Source of the DNA: Octopus vulgaris
Taxonomy: Eukaryota
DNA length: 64,000 nucleotides
Direction of reading: 5' to 3'
Assembly (NCBI GenBank): GCA_951406725.2
Contig: OX597821.1
Span: 85,870,001-85,934,000, forward strand
A program made the translations under genes and the position numbers. Below the pieces are notes generated by a model that saw only the letters and a program-made list of their open reading frames with translations, was not told the DNA's origin and did no database searches. Within the stretch, counting starts at the first letter, position 1, and every line of letters begins with the position of its first letter. Of this stretch, positions 1 to 12,524 are shown in pieces.

Positions 1-360
1 GCCACTGCGTAGTACCAAAGACTCCAAATTTGCCATCAAGATGTAGGACAAGATATTGTGATAGCCTGGGCTTCAGAGGCCCACGGCTCTTCAATGTCCT
101 CCCGAAGAACCTGAGGGACCTGCATGGTGTAGATGCGGATGTCTTTAAAGTAGGACTGGGTCTCTTCCTGTCAGGTGTCCCGGATGAACCAACTTCACGG
201 CAGGAGGTGCAGATGAGGGCAGCTGCATCGAACTCTCTCATGCATCAGATGGCGTTTGCTAAAAAGCATCCGTGAGGTAAACCCGTGTAGCAAACCAAAT
301 GGCGGTGCCCCAGCATGGCCACAGCTCATTAGCTGAAACTGGAAAAATCAAAAATCAAAA
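1..360 (+). mobile_element. 3' end of a CR1/L2-group LINE (ORF2 C-terminus plus 3' tail)
   Basis: ORF 30..275 (GPRLFNVLPKNLR...LFLSGVPDEP); same family as the copy at 20160-21975; tail ggcggtgccccagcatggccacagc...gctgaaact. Confidence 0.85.
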
Positions 361-402
361 AAATCACATATATATATATGTGTGTGTGCATGTATATATA
401 TA

Positions 403-461
<59 letters not shown>

Positions 462-587
462 ATAATAATATTAGGGAATAAATCCAAACTTACAGGGAAA
501 AATTAGATTTATAATATATATATATATATAGTACGTTTAAATATTTGTTGTGCAAGATTTTTTATGTGAAGTCGTGTGTTGAAACAG

Positions 588-1067
588 ATATTGTTATATT
601 TCGGAATGGTAATATTGCCAGTTTAGCCAATAAAAACACACGCACTATATATTTGGTGTTATTTTGCTTCAGTGTTATCTATTTTTTACATTAATCTTAA
701 TCTTATTTCGGCCAGAGTTCTTTCGTCACACTCCTGTGACCGCATCAGTGGTCCTTTGTTTTCTTTCTTATTTGTGTCTCTCCTTACTATCTTTCGTCAC
801 ACTCCTGTGACCGCATCAGTGGTCCTTTGTTTTCTTCTTTCTTATTTGTGTCTCTCCTTACTAACTTAGTAAGGAGAGACACAAATAAGAAAGAAGAAAA
901 CAAAGGACCACTGATGCGGTCACAGGAGTGTGACGAAAGAACTCTGGCCGAAATAAGATCAAGTTTAATGTAAAAAATAAATAACACTGAAGCAAAATAA
1001 CACCAAATATATAGTGCGTGTGTTTTTATTGGCTAAACTGGCAATATGACCATTCCGAAATATAACA

Positions 1068-1071
<4 letters not shown>
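588..1071. repeat. Long palindrome (centre 865) with an internal tandem duplication; Penelope-like pseudo-LTR candidate
   Basis: ...tctctccttactaa c ttagtaaggagaga...; arms of about 205 bp; a segment of about 70 bp is duplicated in the left arm; (TA)n on both sides. Confidence 0.9.
906..949 (+). ncRNA. Variant hammerhead-like motif (core CUGAUGC); mirror copy at 710-753 on the minus strand
   Basis: CCA-CTGATGC-G-GTCAC aggagt GTGAC-GAAA-GAAC-TC-TGG. Confidence 0.45.
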
Positions 1072-1140
<69 letters not shown>

Positions 1141-1142
<2 letters not shown>

Positions 1143-1487
1143 ATACATCAGGTACAGGTCATCAGCAACGAGTGAAAATTATGTTAACACAATGAGAGAC
1201 AAGTACGGGACAAAATATCATCAAAAGAAGTCTAACCCCTCCTCAGATGTCGATTGTCAGTTACTCCCCTATTTCGACCTTTCAACGACAAGACAGGAAA
1301 CCTTCATAAAACAGCAACATCCAGAAATAGGGAGTGATTAACAGCCGACAACTGAGGAGGGGTTAGACTTCTTTTGGTATTTTGTCCCGTACTTGTTTCT
1401 TATTGTGTTCACGAATTTTTCACTCGTTGTTGATACCCTCTTCTTATTGTGTATTTTCCAGTATTTTATCCTGTACTTGATGTATTA
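1141..1487. repeat. Imperfect inverted repeat (arms about 135 bp, spacer about 48 bp)
   Basis: taatacatcaggtacagg...ctccctatttc versus gaaatagggag...cctgtacttgatgtatta. Confidence 0.85.
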
Positions 1488-1551
1488 TTTATTTATTTAT
1501 TTATAATCGAACGCCACGCAGCCTTGTCCACAGTACGTTTTTACTTATGTG

Positions 1552-1618
<67 letters not shown>

Positions 1619-1822
1619 TGCTCCACCGCATACACGCTATATATTATCTGTACTGTTCGTATTATTTGAATCAGGGAGCTAAACTCAACGCCTTATGCAC
1701 GGAACAAATTACAAACATTTCTTCTAATTTGTTGGTCATTTAGGCTCCTTTTTGCCTTTTCTGGACATTGTCCTAACATTTCAGCTCATAATGAATTATT
1801 ATTATTATTATTATTATTATTA

Positions 1823-2296
1823 TTGAGTGAGAGAGCAGTGCATGCCATCAAAGTGACACTGGGGTAAAATATACGAAGCCCAATATACCCATCATGACTA
1901 CCCGTCTTAAAGGTACACCAGGCACATGCATCACAACCATATGTGCGCGACATGGTGATCTCATATCAAGATAAACAGCACATGACCTTGCAGGTGGGGC
2001 CCAGTTAGAATTTTCTTCAGGTTGAGTAGCCCATCCCGCTCAAAACGTCCCTGAATAAGGGTTGTTTAAGGATGTTGAAAGAACCACCCATGTTTCCAGA
2101 GGTGAATTATTCAAACCCCAAAGAATCCCTCTCAACACATGGCTATGATGCTCCCCCACTACTTCTGCTCGTGATCAGAGATGCACATATCGTCAGCCAC
2201 TAAGGGACATGCTCAACTGGTTAAGGTCAAACAACTGACAAGCAAATCTGTGGTATTGAGCAGAATATTTGCTGTAGCCCATCTTTTATACCAAGA

Positions 2297-2297
<1 letters not shown>
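1823..2297. repeat. Non-coding interspersed repeat embedded in (ATT)n, copy 1
   Basis: Highly similar to 3295-3852; bounded by (ATT)n on both sides. Confidence 0.85.
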
Positions 2298-2363
<66 letters not shown>

Positions 2364-2365
<2 letters not shown>

Positions 2366-3231
2366 TTTTTTTTCTTCTTTCAAATTTTCTTCCATTTCTT
2401 GCCGAGTGTCTTCCCGACTCCTAGGGCAAAGAAACTCATAGTGTATATTGGTAGGCCATTAAACCAAACTCAGTAGTTCGTTCATATTTTTTAATTTTTT
2501 AATTTTTTTTTTTAAAGTTAAATTAAAATACATGAGCAGCAACAGTTCTCACATCGACAATGCTCTTCTCAATACGTGTGATGTACCAGTTAAGACAATC
2601 TTTTGCACTTCTTGCAGGGATGGTAAGTCAGGGATCATTCTCATATAATTTTCGGTTCCCTTCTTGATCATTCCTAGTGCTCCTACGATCACTGGTATTG
2701 TAACCGCCTTGAGATGCCACATTTTCTCAATTTCAATGAGTAGGTCTTTATATTTTCTGAGCTTGTCAAACTCTTTCGCTGAGATATTATGATCACAGGG
2801 GATGCTCATGTCGATCAATAAGCAAACTTTATTGTTTTGGTCTTTCACAACAATATCTGGTTTATTGGCCTTGATGGTTCGGTCTGTATTTACTGGAAAG
2901 TCCCACAGAATGGTTACATTTTCTCCTTCAGTTACAGCCTCAGGGTGGTGATTATACCACTTGTCGGCAGTTTTGATATTGTAATGCCGACTTATTAGCC
3001 AGTGGAGATATTGGCCAACTCTGTCATGTCTTAATTTATACTCCACTGGTGCTAAGACTTTACATCCAGAGATTAGGTGGTCCACTGTTTCAATCATGTC
3101 ATTGCAGAATCGGCATTTTGGGTCTGCTCCATTTTTCATCACATTGGCCTGGTAGTTCCGGGTTAATAGGCTTTGGTCTTGAGCAGCCAGGATGAAACCT
3201 TCGCTCTCTGCTTTTAGCCCTGAGCTCCCTG
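2364..3231 (-). mobile_element. 5'-truncated R4/Dong-clade non-LTR retrotransposon (restriction-like endonuclease)
   Basis: LAAQDQ, CxxC..H..C knuckle, RHD, KPDIVV...IDMSIP, KYKDL and VIVGALG motifs (ORF 2549..3142); (TAA)n on both sides. Confidence 0.9.
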
Positions 3232-3294
3232 ATAATAATAATAATAATAATTATTATTATTATTATTATTATTATTATCATTATTATTATTATT

Positions 3295-3852
3295 GAGTGA
3301 GAGAGCAATGTATGCCATCAAAGTGACACTGGGGTAAAATATACGAAGCCCAGTATACCCATCATGACTACCCGTCTGATAAGGGTACACTAGGCACATG
3401 CATCACAATCATATGTGTGCCACATGGTGATCTCATATCAAGATAAACAGCGCATGACTTTGCAGGTGGGGCCCAGTTAGAATTTTCTTCAGGTCGAGTA
3501 TCCTATCCTGCCCAAAAGGTCCCTGAATAAGGATTGTTTAAGGACGATGAACGAAACACCCATGTTTCCAAGGGTGAATTATCCAAGGCCCAAAGACTTC
3601 TTCTCAACACATGGCTATGATGTTCCCCCACTACTTCTGCTCCTGATCAGAGATGCACATATCATCAGCCACCAAGGGACATGCTCAACAGGTTATGGTC
3701 AAGCAACTGACAAGCAAATCTGTGGTATTGAGCAGAACATTTGCTGTAGACCATCTTTTATACCAAGACAAAACAATGTACATGATAACACTTCCAATCA
3801 GTTAAGATCAGAAGCCATGAGAGCCACTGTCTGGTACAGCATCAGGGCATTT
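3295..3852. repeat. Same repeat, copy 2 (longer)
   Basis: Starts gagtgagagagca directly after (ATT)n and ends before (TTG)n. Confidence 0.85.
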
Positions 3853-3879
3853 TATTGTTGTTGTTGTTGTTGTTATTTT

Positions 3880-4340
3880 TATTTTAATCTGCATATTTGT
3901 TACAGTGACTTGCCGAGACACCCAGTCTGCTGGGGCAAGTGAAGGATAATAGATGTTACAATATGACTGAAAGCTTGGGGAAGTGAAGTAGCGAAATATC
4001 TTCATGTAATACAACATAGATATTTAAATGGTTAGGGTTTTTGTAAGGATGTTGGCAGTACTTGTCATTACAATCTTTTGGATTTCTCTGAGACATGGTT
4101 CTCCTGGGATCTTATCTAGATGTTCCTAACATCCCTTTTTTATCATACCTAACAGGAACAGGAACAGGAACAGGAACAGTTCTCATACAATAACAGGAAC
4201 AGTTCTCGTTTTAAGATGCCACATCTTTTGTATTTCAATTTCCAGATCCTTATATTTACTAAGTTTGTCAAACTCCTTTGTGGATATGATTTTACCAGTG
4301 GGAATACTTAGATCTATTAGTCAGTGAGTATTTTCCCCTT
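3880..4340 (-). mobile_element. Degenerate second R4/Dong-like 3' fragment
   Basis: Translates to LIDLSIPTGKIISTKEFDKLSKYKDLEIEIQKMWHLK; 3'UTR motif ttgccc...ctcggcaag shared with the first copy. Confidence 0.75.
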
Positions 4341-4529
4341 GTATTTAATAAAACCGGATCTGAGACAAACATTGAGCCCAGCGAGCAACAGCTCTTGGTG
4401 CTGTGAGTTAATTTTTTAGTTTCAATGATTTTGCTGAATTTTTTAGATAGTTAATGTGAAAAAAACCATAAAAAGAGACCATCGTAAAGCCGACCTACAT
4501 GAACGCATTTTTAAAATTATCTTGTGTTA

Positions 4530-4693
4530 CAGCAGGAGTGGCTGTGTGGTAAGTAGCTTGCTTACGAACCACATGGTTCCGGGTTCAGTCCCACTGCGTG
4601 GCACCTTGGGCAAGTGTCTTCTACTATAGCCTCGGGCCGACCAAAGCCTTTTGAATGAATTTGGTAGACGGAAACTGAAAGAAGCCCGTCGTA

Positions 4694-4787
<94 letters not shown>

Positions 4788-5015
4788 TGTGTGTGTTTGT
4801 GTATCTGTGTTTGTCCCCCTAGCATCGCTTGACAACCGATGCTGGTTTGTTTATGTCCCCGTTACTTAGTGGTTCGGCAAAAGAGACCGATAGAATAAGT
4901 ACTGGGTTTACAAAAGAATAAGTCCCGGGGTCGAGTTGCTCGATTAAAGGCGGTGCTCCAGCATGGCCGCAGTCAAATGACTGAAACAAGTAAAAGAGTA
5001 AAGAGTAAAAAGAGT
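4530..5015 (+). mobile_element. SINE family A (tRNA head, CORE-like domain, internal (TA)n(TG)n, LINE-derived tail)
   Basis: A-box tggctgtgtggtaag, B-box ggttcagtccc, ccttgggcaagt core. Further copies at about 8598-9330, 14281-15725, 16205-16600, 19025-19260(-), 30858-31305, 31869-32342, 36145-36531(-), 40540-42498, 47000-47300(-), 56980-57470 and 62740-63160. Confidence 0.9.
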
Positions 5016-5216
5016 ATATAAAATTGCCCGATATAAAGTTGGGTTAGAAAGGGTTGAAAGGATCAACATTTAAAAAATTTTTTCTATTATATCTATATAT
5101 TTTGTTTCATTTGACAAGGCATATTATATCAGACCTTATGTATAAAATATCACCGCGAAATCCCACCATTTTAATCACGGACAATACTTACATAAACAGA
5201 AGTTAAACAAATTATA

Positions 5217-5853
5217 AGGCGGCGCGCTGGCAGAAACGTTAGCACGCCGGGCGAAATGCTTTGCGGTATTTCGTCTGCCGTTACGTTCTGAGTTCAAATT
5301 CCGCCGAGGTCGACTTTGCCTTTCATCCTTTCGGGGTCGATTAAATAAGTACCAGTTACGCACTAGGGTCGATATAATCGACTTAATCCGTTTGTCTGTC
5401 CTGGTTTGTCCTCTCTGTGCGTAGCCCCTTGTGGGCAGTAAAGAAATATGTAATTCGTCTGTCTTTACGTTCTGAGTTCGAATTCCGCCGAGGTCGACTT
5501 TGCCTTTCATCCTTTCGGGGTCGATGAAATAAGTACCAGTTACGTACTGGGGTCGATATAATCGACTTAATCCGTGCGTCTGTCCTGGTTTGTCCCCTCT
5601 GTGTGTAGCCCCTTGTGGGTAGTAAAGAAATAGGTATTTCGTCTGTCTTTATGTTCTGAGTTCGAATTCCGCCGAGGTCGACTTTGCCTTTCATACTTTC
5701 GAGGTCGATTAAATAAGTACCAGTTACGTACTGGGGTCGATATAATCGACTTAATCCGTGCGTCTGTCCTGGTTTGTCCCCTCCATGTATAGCCCCTTGT
5801 GGGTAGTAAAGAAATAGGTATTTCGTCTGTCTTAACGTTCTGAGTTCGAATTC
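5217..5853 (+). mobile_element. SINE family B (Meta-domain-like core) as a head-to-tail 184-bp array
   Basis: Core gcctttcatcctttcggggtcgat..aagtaccag; unit starts at 5267, 5451, 5635 and 5819. Confidence 0.88.
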
Positions 5854-6061
5854 AGTGCCTCACGAGTATATTTAATTCGAAATTTATTTTTAAAATGGTC
5901 AAGATCCATTTGCAGCACTTCACTGGACCACTTTTCCGCCGACACCTTCATAGCCATTACATACAACGTATTAGACCTTTAACTGAAGTTATATATGTCT
6001 GTTATATGTAAAAAGTATTATATATCCATACGTAAAGCTTTCATACAATCGACTTGCTTAC

Positions 6062-6120
<59 letters not shown>

Positions 6121-7555
6121 TATAAGTAATACACACACATACATACATACATACATACATACATACATACATACATACATACATACATACACATACATAC
6201 ATACATACATACATACATACATACATACAAACATACATACATACATACATACATACATGCATACATACATACATACATACATACATACATACATACATAC
6301 ATACATACATACATACATACATACATACATACATACATGCATACATACATACGCAATGGCCTAGTGGTTAGGGCAGCGGACTTGCGGTCGGAGGATCGCG
6401 GTTTCGATTCCCAGACCGGGCGTTGAATGTGTTTATTGAGCGAAAAAAACACCTAAAAGCACCACGAGGCTCCGGCAGGAGGTGGTGATCCCTGCTGTAC
6501 TCTTTCACCACTCTAAAGGCGGTGCTCCAGCATGGCCGCAGTCAAATGACTGAAACAAGTACAAAAAAAAAAAATACATGCATACATACATACATACATA
6601 CATTACACGAATACATAAAATACACAAGAATGTGTATTTATGAGAATATATAATTTGTAAACACGTCACTGTATGTATGTCGCAATATCTTCAAAGAAGT
6701 TTTCTACAGAGTTAATCAACTGTAATACTGTCGGCGTGGTACAAATGAAAATGGAGGCGTATTTTTTTCTGCCATTTTAACGTTATTTCATCGACGACAT
6801 ACCCATATTTATGGCTAATATCTTTGTGTGTGTGTGTGTGTGAGTGTGTATGAGTGTGTGTGTTTGAGCGCATGTGTATGTAATTGCGAGTGTTTGTGTA
6901 TGTGTTTGTGTGTGCGTGTGTGTTCGTGTGTGTGCGTACGAGTGTGTTTGCGTGAGTGTATTTAGTATCTGCGAACATATTTAATACAGTCAGAAGAATT
7001 CACTTTACGTATGTATGTATGTATGTATGTATGTATGTATGTATGTATGTATGTATGTATGTATGTATGTATGTATGCATAGATGAAGCAATCCCCTTGT
7101 ATGAATGTGTGTATGTATTTATGTATGTATGTATGTATGTATGTATGTATGTATGTATGTATCTATCTATCTATCTACGTATATAATATAAATTGTATGT
7201 ATGTACACACACACACACATATACATCTATAATTTCTATGTTCACTTCTCTCTTCCTATATGTATATACCGTGACCGACCAGGCTATCAGATGTTGCTAC
7301 ACATCGCTGGTCACAATGAGTTTTTCACATAGTTTTAGCCTTCAAATGACGCCACCCCGCTGGCTAAGCGAGCAGGCCAACAGAAGAAAGTGTGAGAGAA
7401 AGTTGTGGCGAAAGAGTACAGCAGGGTTCACCACCACCCACTGCCAGAGCCTCGTGAAGCTTTAGATGTTTTCGCTCACAACGCCCAGTCTGGGAATCGA
7501 AACCACGATGCTACGACCGCGAGTTCGCTGTCCTAACCACTGGGCCATTGCACCG

Positions 7556-7593
<38 letters not shown>

Positions 7594-7649
7594 GTATAAT
7601 ATATAATATATAATACGTAATATATATTATATATATATATATATATATA

Positions 7650-8111
7650 TCGTGAAGTATATTTACCACTTAAATGTGGCTAACTCTTAAGGGTCGATGC
7701 TACTGTAGCTTGTAGCCCCAGGAACACATCTCCTCCAGCTGGCTATTGACACACTATCTGTGCCTTATCAGTATTTGCAAAGGGAAGTCAACATTCCTAT
7801 CTCCAACCTGACGTGATACACATGGACCCGAGTTTCTGCGTATTGATCCATCATCAGTGTGTGACAACCACTTGTTGGCGATGGGAAGTGATTCTCAACG
7901 CAAATATCTATACTTTTTCCAGTGACGAAAAGTCACTTATCTCGAAAGAGTGGAAACAAGCAATAATAAATTTCTGAGCGAGATATAAACAGTAGCAGCA
8001 CAACATCGTGAAATATATTTGCCACCCCAATGCGGCTAACCCTTAAAGGGTGACAAAGATACTTCACGATGTCGTGCTACTACTGTTTATAACTCGCTCA
8101 GAGATTTATTA
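7650..8111. mobile_element. Penelope-like pseudo-LTR relic with direct and inverted segments
   Basis: 7651-7695 is repeated at about 8007-8051; 7963-8012 is inverted at 8058-8111; hammerhead-like CTGATGA..GAAACTCGGGTC (minus, about 7820-7860); follows (TA)n. Confidence 0.5.
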
Positions 8112-8368
8112 TCTATATATATAAAACTGAGAATGTGTGTCTGCCTATCTGTCTGTCTGTCTGTGTGAATCCCTAAAACTTGAGAACTACACAACCAATT
8201 TCATGCAAATTTTACACATGCCTTACTTAGGGTCCGTGTAGTGTCATGGGCAAAAACATCTTTAACTTCTTGCCTAGGGCGAGCCCATAGCAATATCATA
8301 TCTTCTCCACTATTTCAATATTACATGTTAAAAGTGAAACAAAAACATCTCTCTATTGTATGTATATG

Positions 8369-8422
<54 letters not shown>

Positions 8423-9402
8423 CATGTATATATATAGACATATATGTATATATGTATATGTATAGATGTATATGTATAGCTGTATATAGATATATATGTA
8501 CATGTAATATGTACACATATATATACACATATACACATACATGCATACATATATACACCCATACACCCATACACACACACCCACACACACACATACATAG
8601 GTGCAGGTGTGGCTGTGCGGTAACAAACTTGGTTCCAAAACACATGGTCCTCAGTTCAGTCCCACTGTGCGGTAACTTGGCATGTGTCTTCTGCTATAGC
8701 CACAGACCAACATTTGAAGTATACATACAAGGGGATTGCTTCATCTATGCATACATACATACATACATACATACATACATACATACATACATACATACAT
8801 ACATACATACATACATACATACGTAAAGTGAATTCTTCTGACTGTATTAAATATGTTCGCAGATACTAAATACACTCACGCAAACACACGTACGCACACA
8901 CACGAACACACACGCACACACAAACACATACACAAACACTCGCAATTACACACGCATGCGCTCAAACACACACACTCATACACACTCACACACACACACA
9001 CACACACACAAAGATATTAGCCATAAATATGGGTATGTCATCGATGAAATAACGTTAAAATGGCAGGAAAAAATAGGCCTCCATTTTCATTTGTACCACG
9101 CCGACAGTATTACAGTTGATTAACTCTGTAGAAAATTTCTTGTCAGTGGATTTTGTAGACAGAAACTGAAAGAAATCAATTGTATGTATATGTATGTATA
9201 TGCGTAAGTCTATGTGTGTGTCTTTGTTCTTCTCCCTCATCACTACTTCACAACTGGTGTTCGTTTATTTACATCCCTATAACTTACTGGTTTCACAAGA
9301 AGAAACTGATAGAATAAGTACCAGGCTTATCAAAATATAAAAACGCACTACGCAGTGTCTCATATTTTTGTTTGCCCACTCAATTGTATCTATACATTTA
9401 TC

Positions 9403-9458
<56 letters not shown>

Positions 9459-9477
9459 TGTGTGTGTGTATACATAT

Positions 9478-9509
<32 letters not shown>

Positions 9510-10178
9510 GGATTTCGTAGACAGGAACTGAAGCAAATCAATCGTATATATATGTATGTATATAGAGGTGACACTTTCATTTCTCCTTAGCCCTCACGTC
9601 ACACAGTTGTTAATGTTTATTTCAGTAGGGTCACGCCCTTCTAATTGCTATAGATTCATAATGCATCTTACGACTGTGCCTGTCGCCTAGACGGTGAGGA
9701 ATCCTACATTGGGAGTGGTAACTGACTGCTTATTGTGATCATTCGTCTTTTGGTTTCCTGTAGCTTTGCTCTCTTTTACAAACCCAGTGAACATATATTT
9801 CCTATTTCAAAGAAATTCAAACAATAGATATACGACCCAAGTTTAAAAGATTCTCAGCAATTCAACTCTCTGGTTGACATTAAGATGCCCACCCCCAACA
9901 GGGGCCTTAACTCTCACATTTTAGAGCTCCATAACATTCATTTTTCAGGAGCAAAATCATTTTAACAGGTTCAATAAGACTGGAAATTTGGGATCTGCGT
10001 ATAAAAATTAGTAGTATGGGATACATGTGGCACGGGTGTGTAAAGAGGGAAATAACCTTCATCTGCAATTTTGATGAAATTCGAAACATAGGTATTCCGG
10101 TTCATTACAGAAAATATAACAGAAAAGTCTAATCCTTCAATTGTATGTAACTCGGGCAACGCCGGGTAACTCTTCTAG
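8112..10178 (+). mobile_element. Helitron termini, possibly one element bloated by later insertions
   Basis: 5' a|tctatatatataaaactgag at 8112 and 3' ctcgggcaacgccggg...ctag|t near 10178. Confidence 0.5.
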
Positions 10179-10434
10179 TAACTCTTCAAGATTTGTGGAT
10201 GCTCACCACAAACACTTTCAAGGATCGTCAGTAACAGCACCTCCATTTATTTATTTCAAAGAGCGGGAGGAAAACAATTTTCCCCTTCCCAAATTATTTG
10301 GAAATCCAAATTGCAATGTTTCGAGCTTTTTAAAAAGTTCCAACCATTTTTCAACGGATCGTAGAACCGCCGAGTCTGTCGAACTCTAGATGTCTAAGCA
10401 ACCAAGGTAATGCCTTGGCAGAAGATGCGAGATA

Positions 10435-11208
10435 TTCTTTTCTACTCTAAGCATAAGGCCCGAAATTTTGGGGATGGAGGCCAGTCGATTACATCGACCC
10501 CAGTGCGTAACTGGTACTTAATTTATCGACCCCGAAAGGATGAAAGGCAAAGTCGGCCACAGCGGCATTTTGAACTCAGAACGTAAATACAGACGAAATA
10601 CCTATTCCTTTACTACCCACAAGGGGCTAAACACAGAGAGGACAAACAAGGACAGACAAACGGATTAAGTCGATTACATCGACTCCAGTGCGTAACTGGT
10701 ACTTAATTTATTTATCGATCCCGAAAGGATGAAAGGCAAAAGTCGACCTCGGCGAAATTTGAACTCAGAACGTTAAGACGCACGAAATACCTATTTTTTT
10801 ACTACTCACAACGGGCTAAACACAGAGAGTACAAACAAGGACAGACAAACGGATTAAGTCGATTACATCGACCCCAGTGCGTAACTGGTACTTAATTTAT
10901 CGACCCCGAAAGGATGAAAGGCAAACGTCGACCTCGGCGAAATTTGAACTCAGAACGTAGCGGCAAACGAAATACCTATTTCTTTACTACCCAGAAGGGG
11001 CTAAACACAGAGAGGACGAACAAGGACAGACAAACGGATTAAGTCGATTACATCGACCCCAGAGCGTAACTGGTACTTAATTTATCAACCCCGAAAGGAT
11101 GAAAGGCAAAAGTCGACCTCGGCGGAATTTGAACTCAGAACGTAACGGCAGACGAAATACGGCTACACATTTCGCCCGGTGTGCTAACGTTTCTGCCAAC
11201 TCGCTGCC
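10435..11208 (-). mobile_element. SINE family B tandem array (4 units)
   Basis: cgaaatac repeated with a period of about 185-189 bp. Confidence 0.88.
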
Positions 11209-11661
11209 TTTCATCGAATCTAATAGTACCTCCTTAATATGAATAGAATTACAATAGGAAACAAGACAACAGTTAGTAAAGATCATAAAGATATAAAATC
11301 TATAAAGTATTGGAACAGTGCCTTTGTGCGGGGTGGGGAAGGATTATATTACAGACTGATGTTACTGAAAAGAAACACCCAAAGAGGAGATTTTAGGGAG
11401 CTGATGCGGGATTATAAGCTTCAGTGAAGATTTTCTTCCTTCTCTTCTTTGTCGGAGTTGCCCTTAAAGGGTTCAAGCATTACAACAGAATATATAGGTC
11501 GCAGTAGTTAGATCCCATTGGGATTTTCTTTATGTTTTTTTTTTTTTCAGCCACAGGTGGTTGTACTTGCCATTTATTGTCCCACGGAGGGACCTCAGGG
11601 GTGGGGGTGCTTATATAAATACATACGTATGCATATGTATATATGTGTGTGCATGTATATG

Positions 11662-11754
<93 letters not shown>

Positions 11755-11947
11755 GTATGTATATATACATACATATATATACATATATATATATATATAA
11801 TATATATATATATGTATATATATATATAGGCATTCATATTTAGATACATATACATATATGTGTGTATACGCGTACAAATACACACATACACACACACACG
11901 GGTGTAGGAGGTTTTATATATATATATATATATACATACATACATAC

Positions 11948-12033
<86 letters not shown>

Positions 12034-12471
12034 TTGTTTTGCATGCACAAATGGAAATACGTGTGCATATTTGTATGTGAGTGTAAAAATACATACAACC
12101 TACACACAGTGCACGCACGCACATACAATCACACGCACACGCATACATACATGCTGGAAATTAGCAGCTTCGAATCAGGAACCTTTAAGAAACCTTAAGA
12201 CCATAAAAAATAAGTTGAGTTTAAAGTTTTTAATTCGCATCGAGACAATGGGCATAGTGATTATGGACGTTGATTAGATGTTAAGAGTTATAGTTTAACT
12301 GGTGGGCGGGAAATAAGTTCTTATGTCAGTGAATCTATGGAATAGATTAGGGGTTCGATATGAAATTCCGTGAACGTTACAAAACAGCAACGCCACCTGA
12401 AAAGGACCGAAAGTACAACGGGCGAAAAGATTGCTGAGAACATATTACACACATACACACACACAGACACA

Positions 12472-12524
<53 letters not shown>

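Noticed and set aside
5267-5451. Ribozyme inside the SINE B tandem unit (retrozyme model)
   Set aside because: No CUGANGA/GAAA core with compatible stems was found by eye on either strand.
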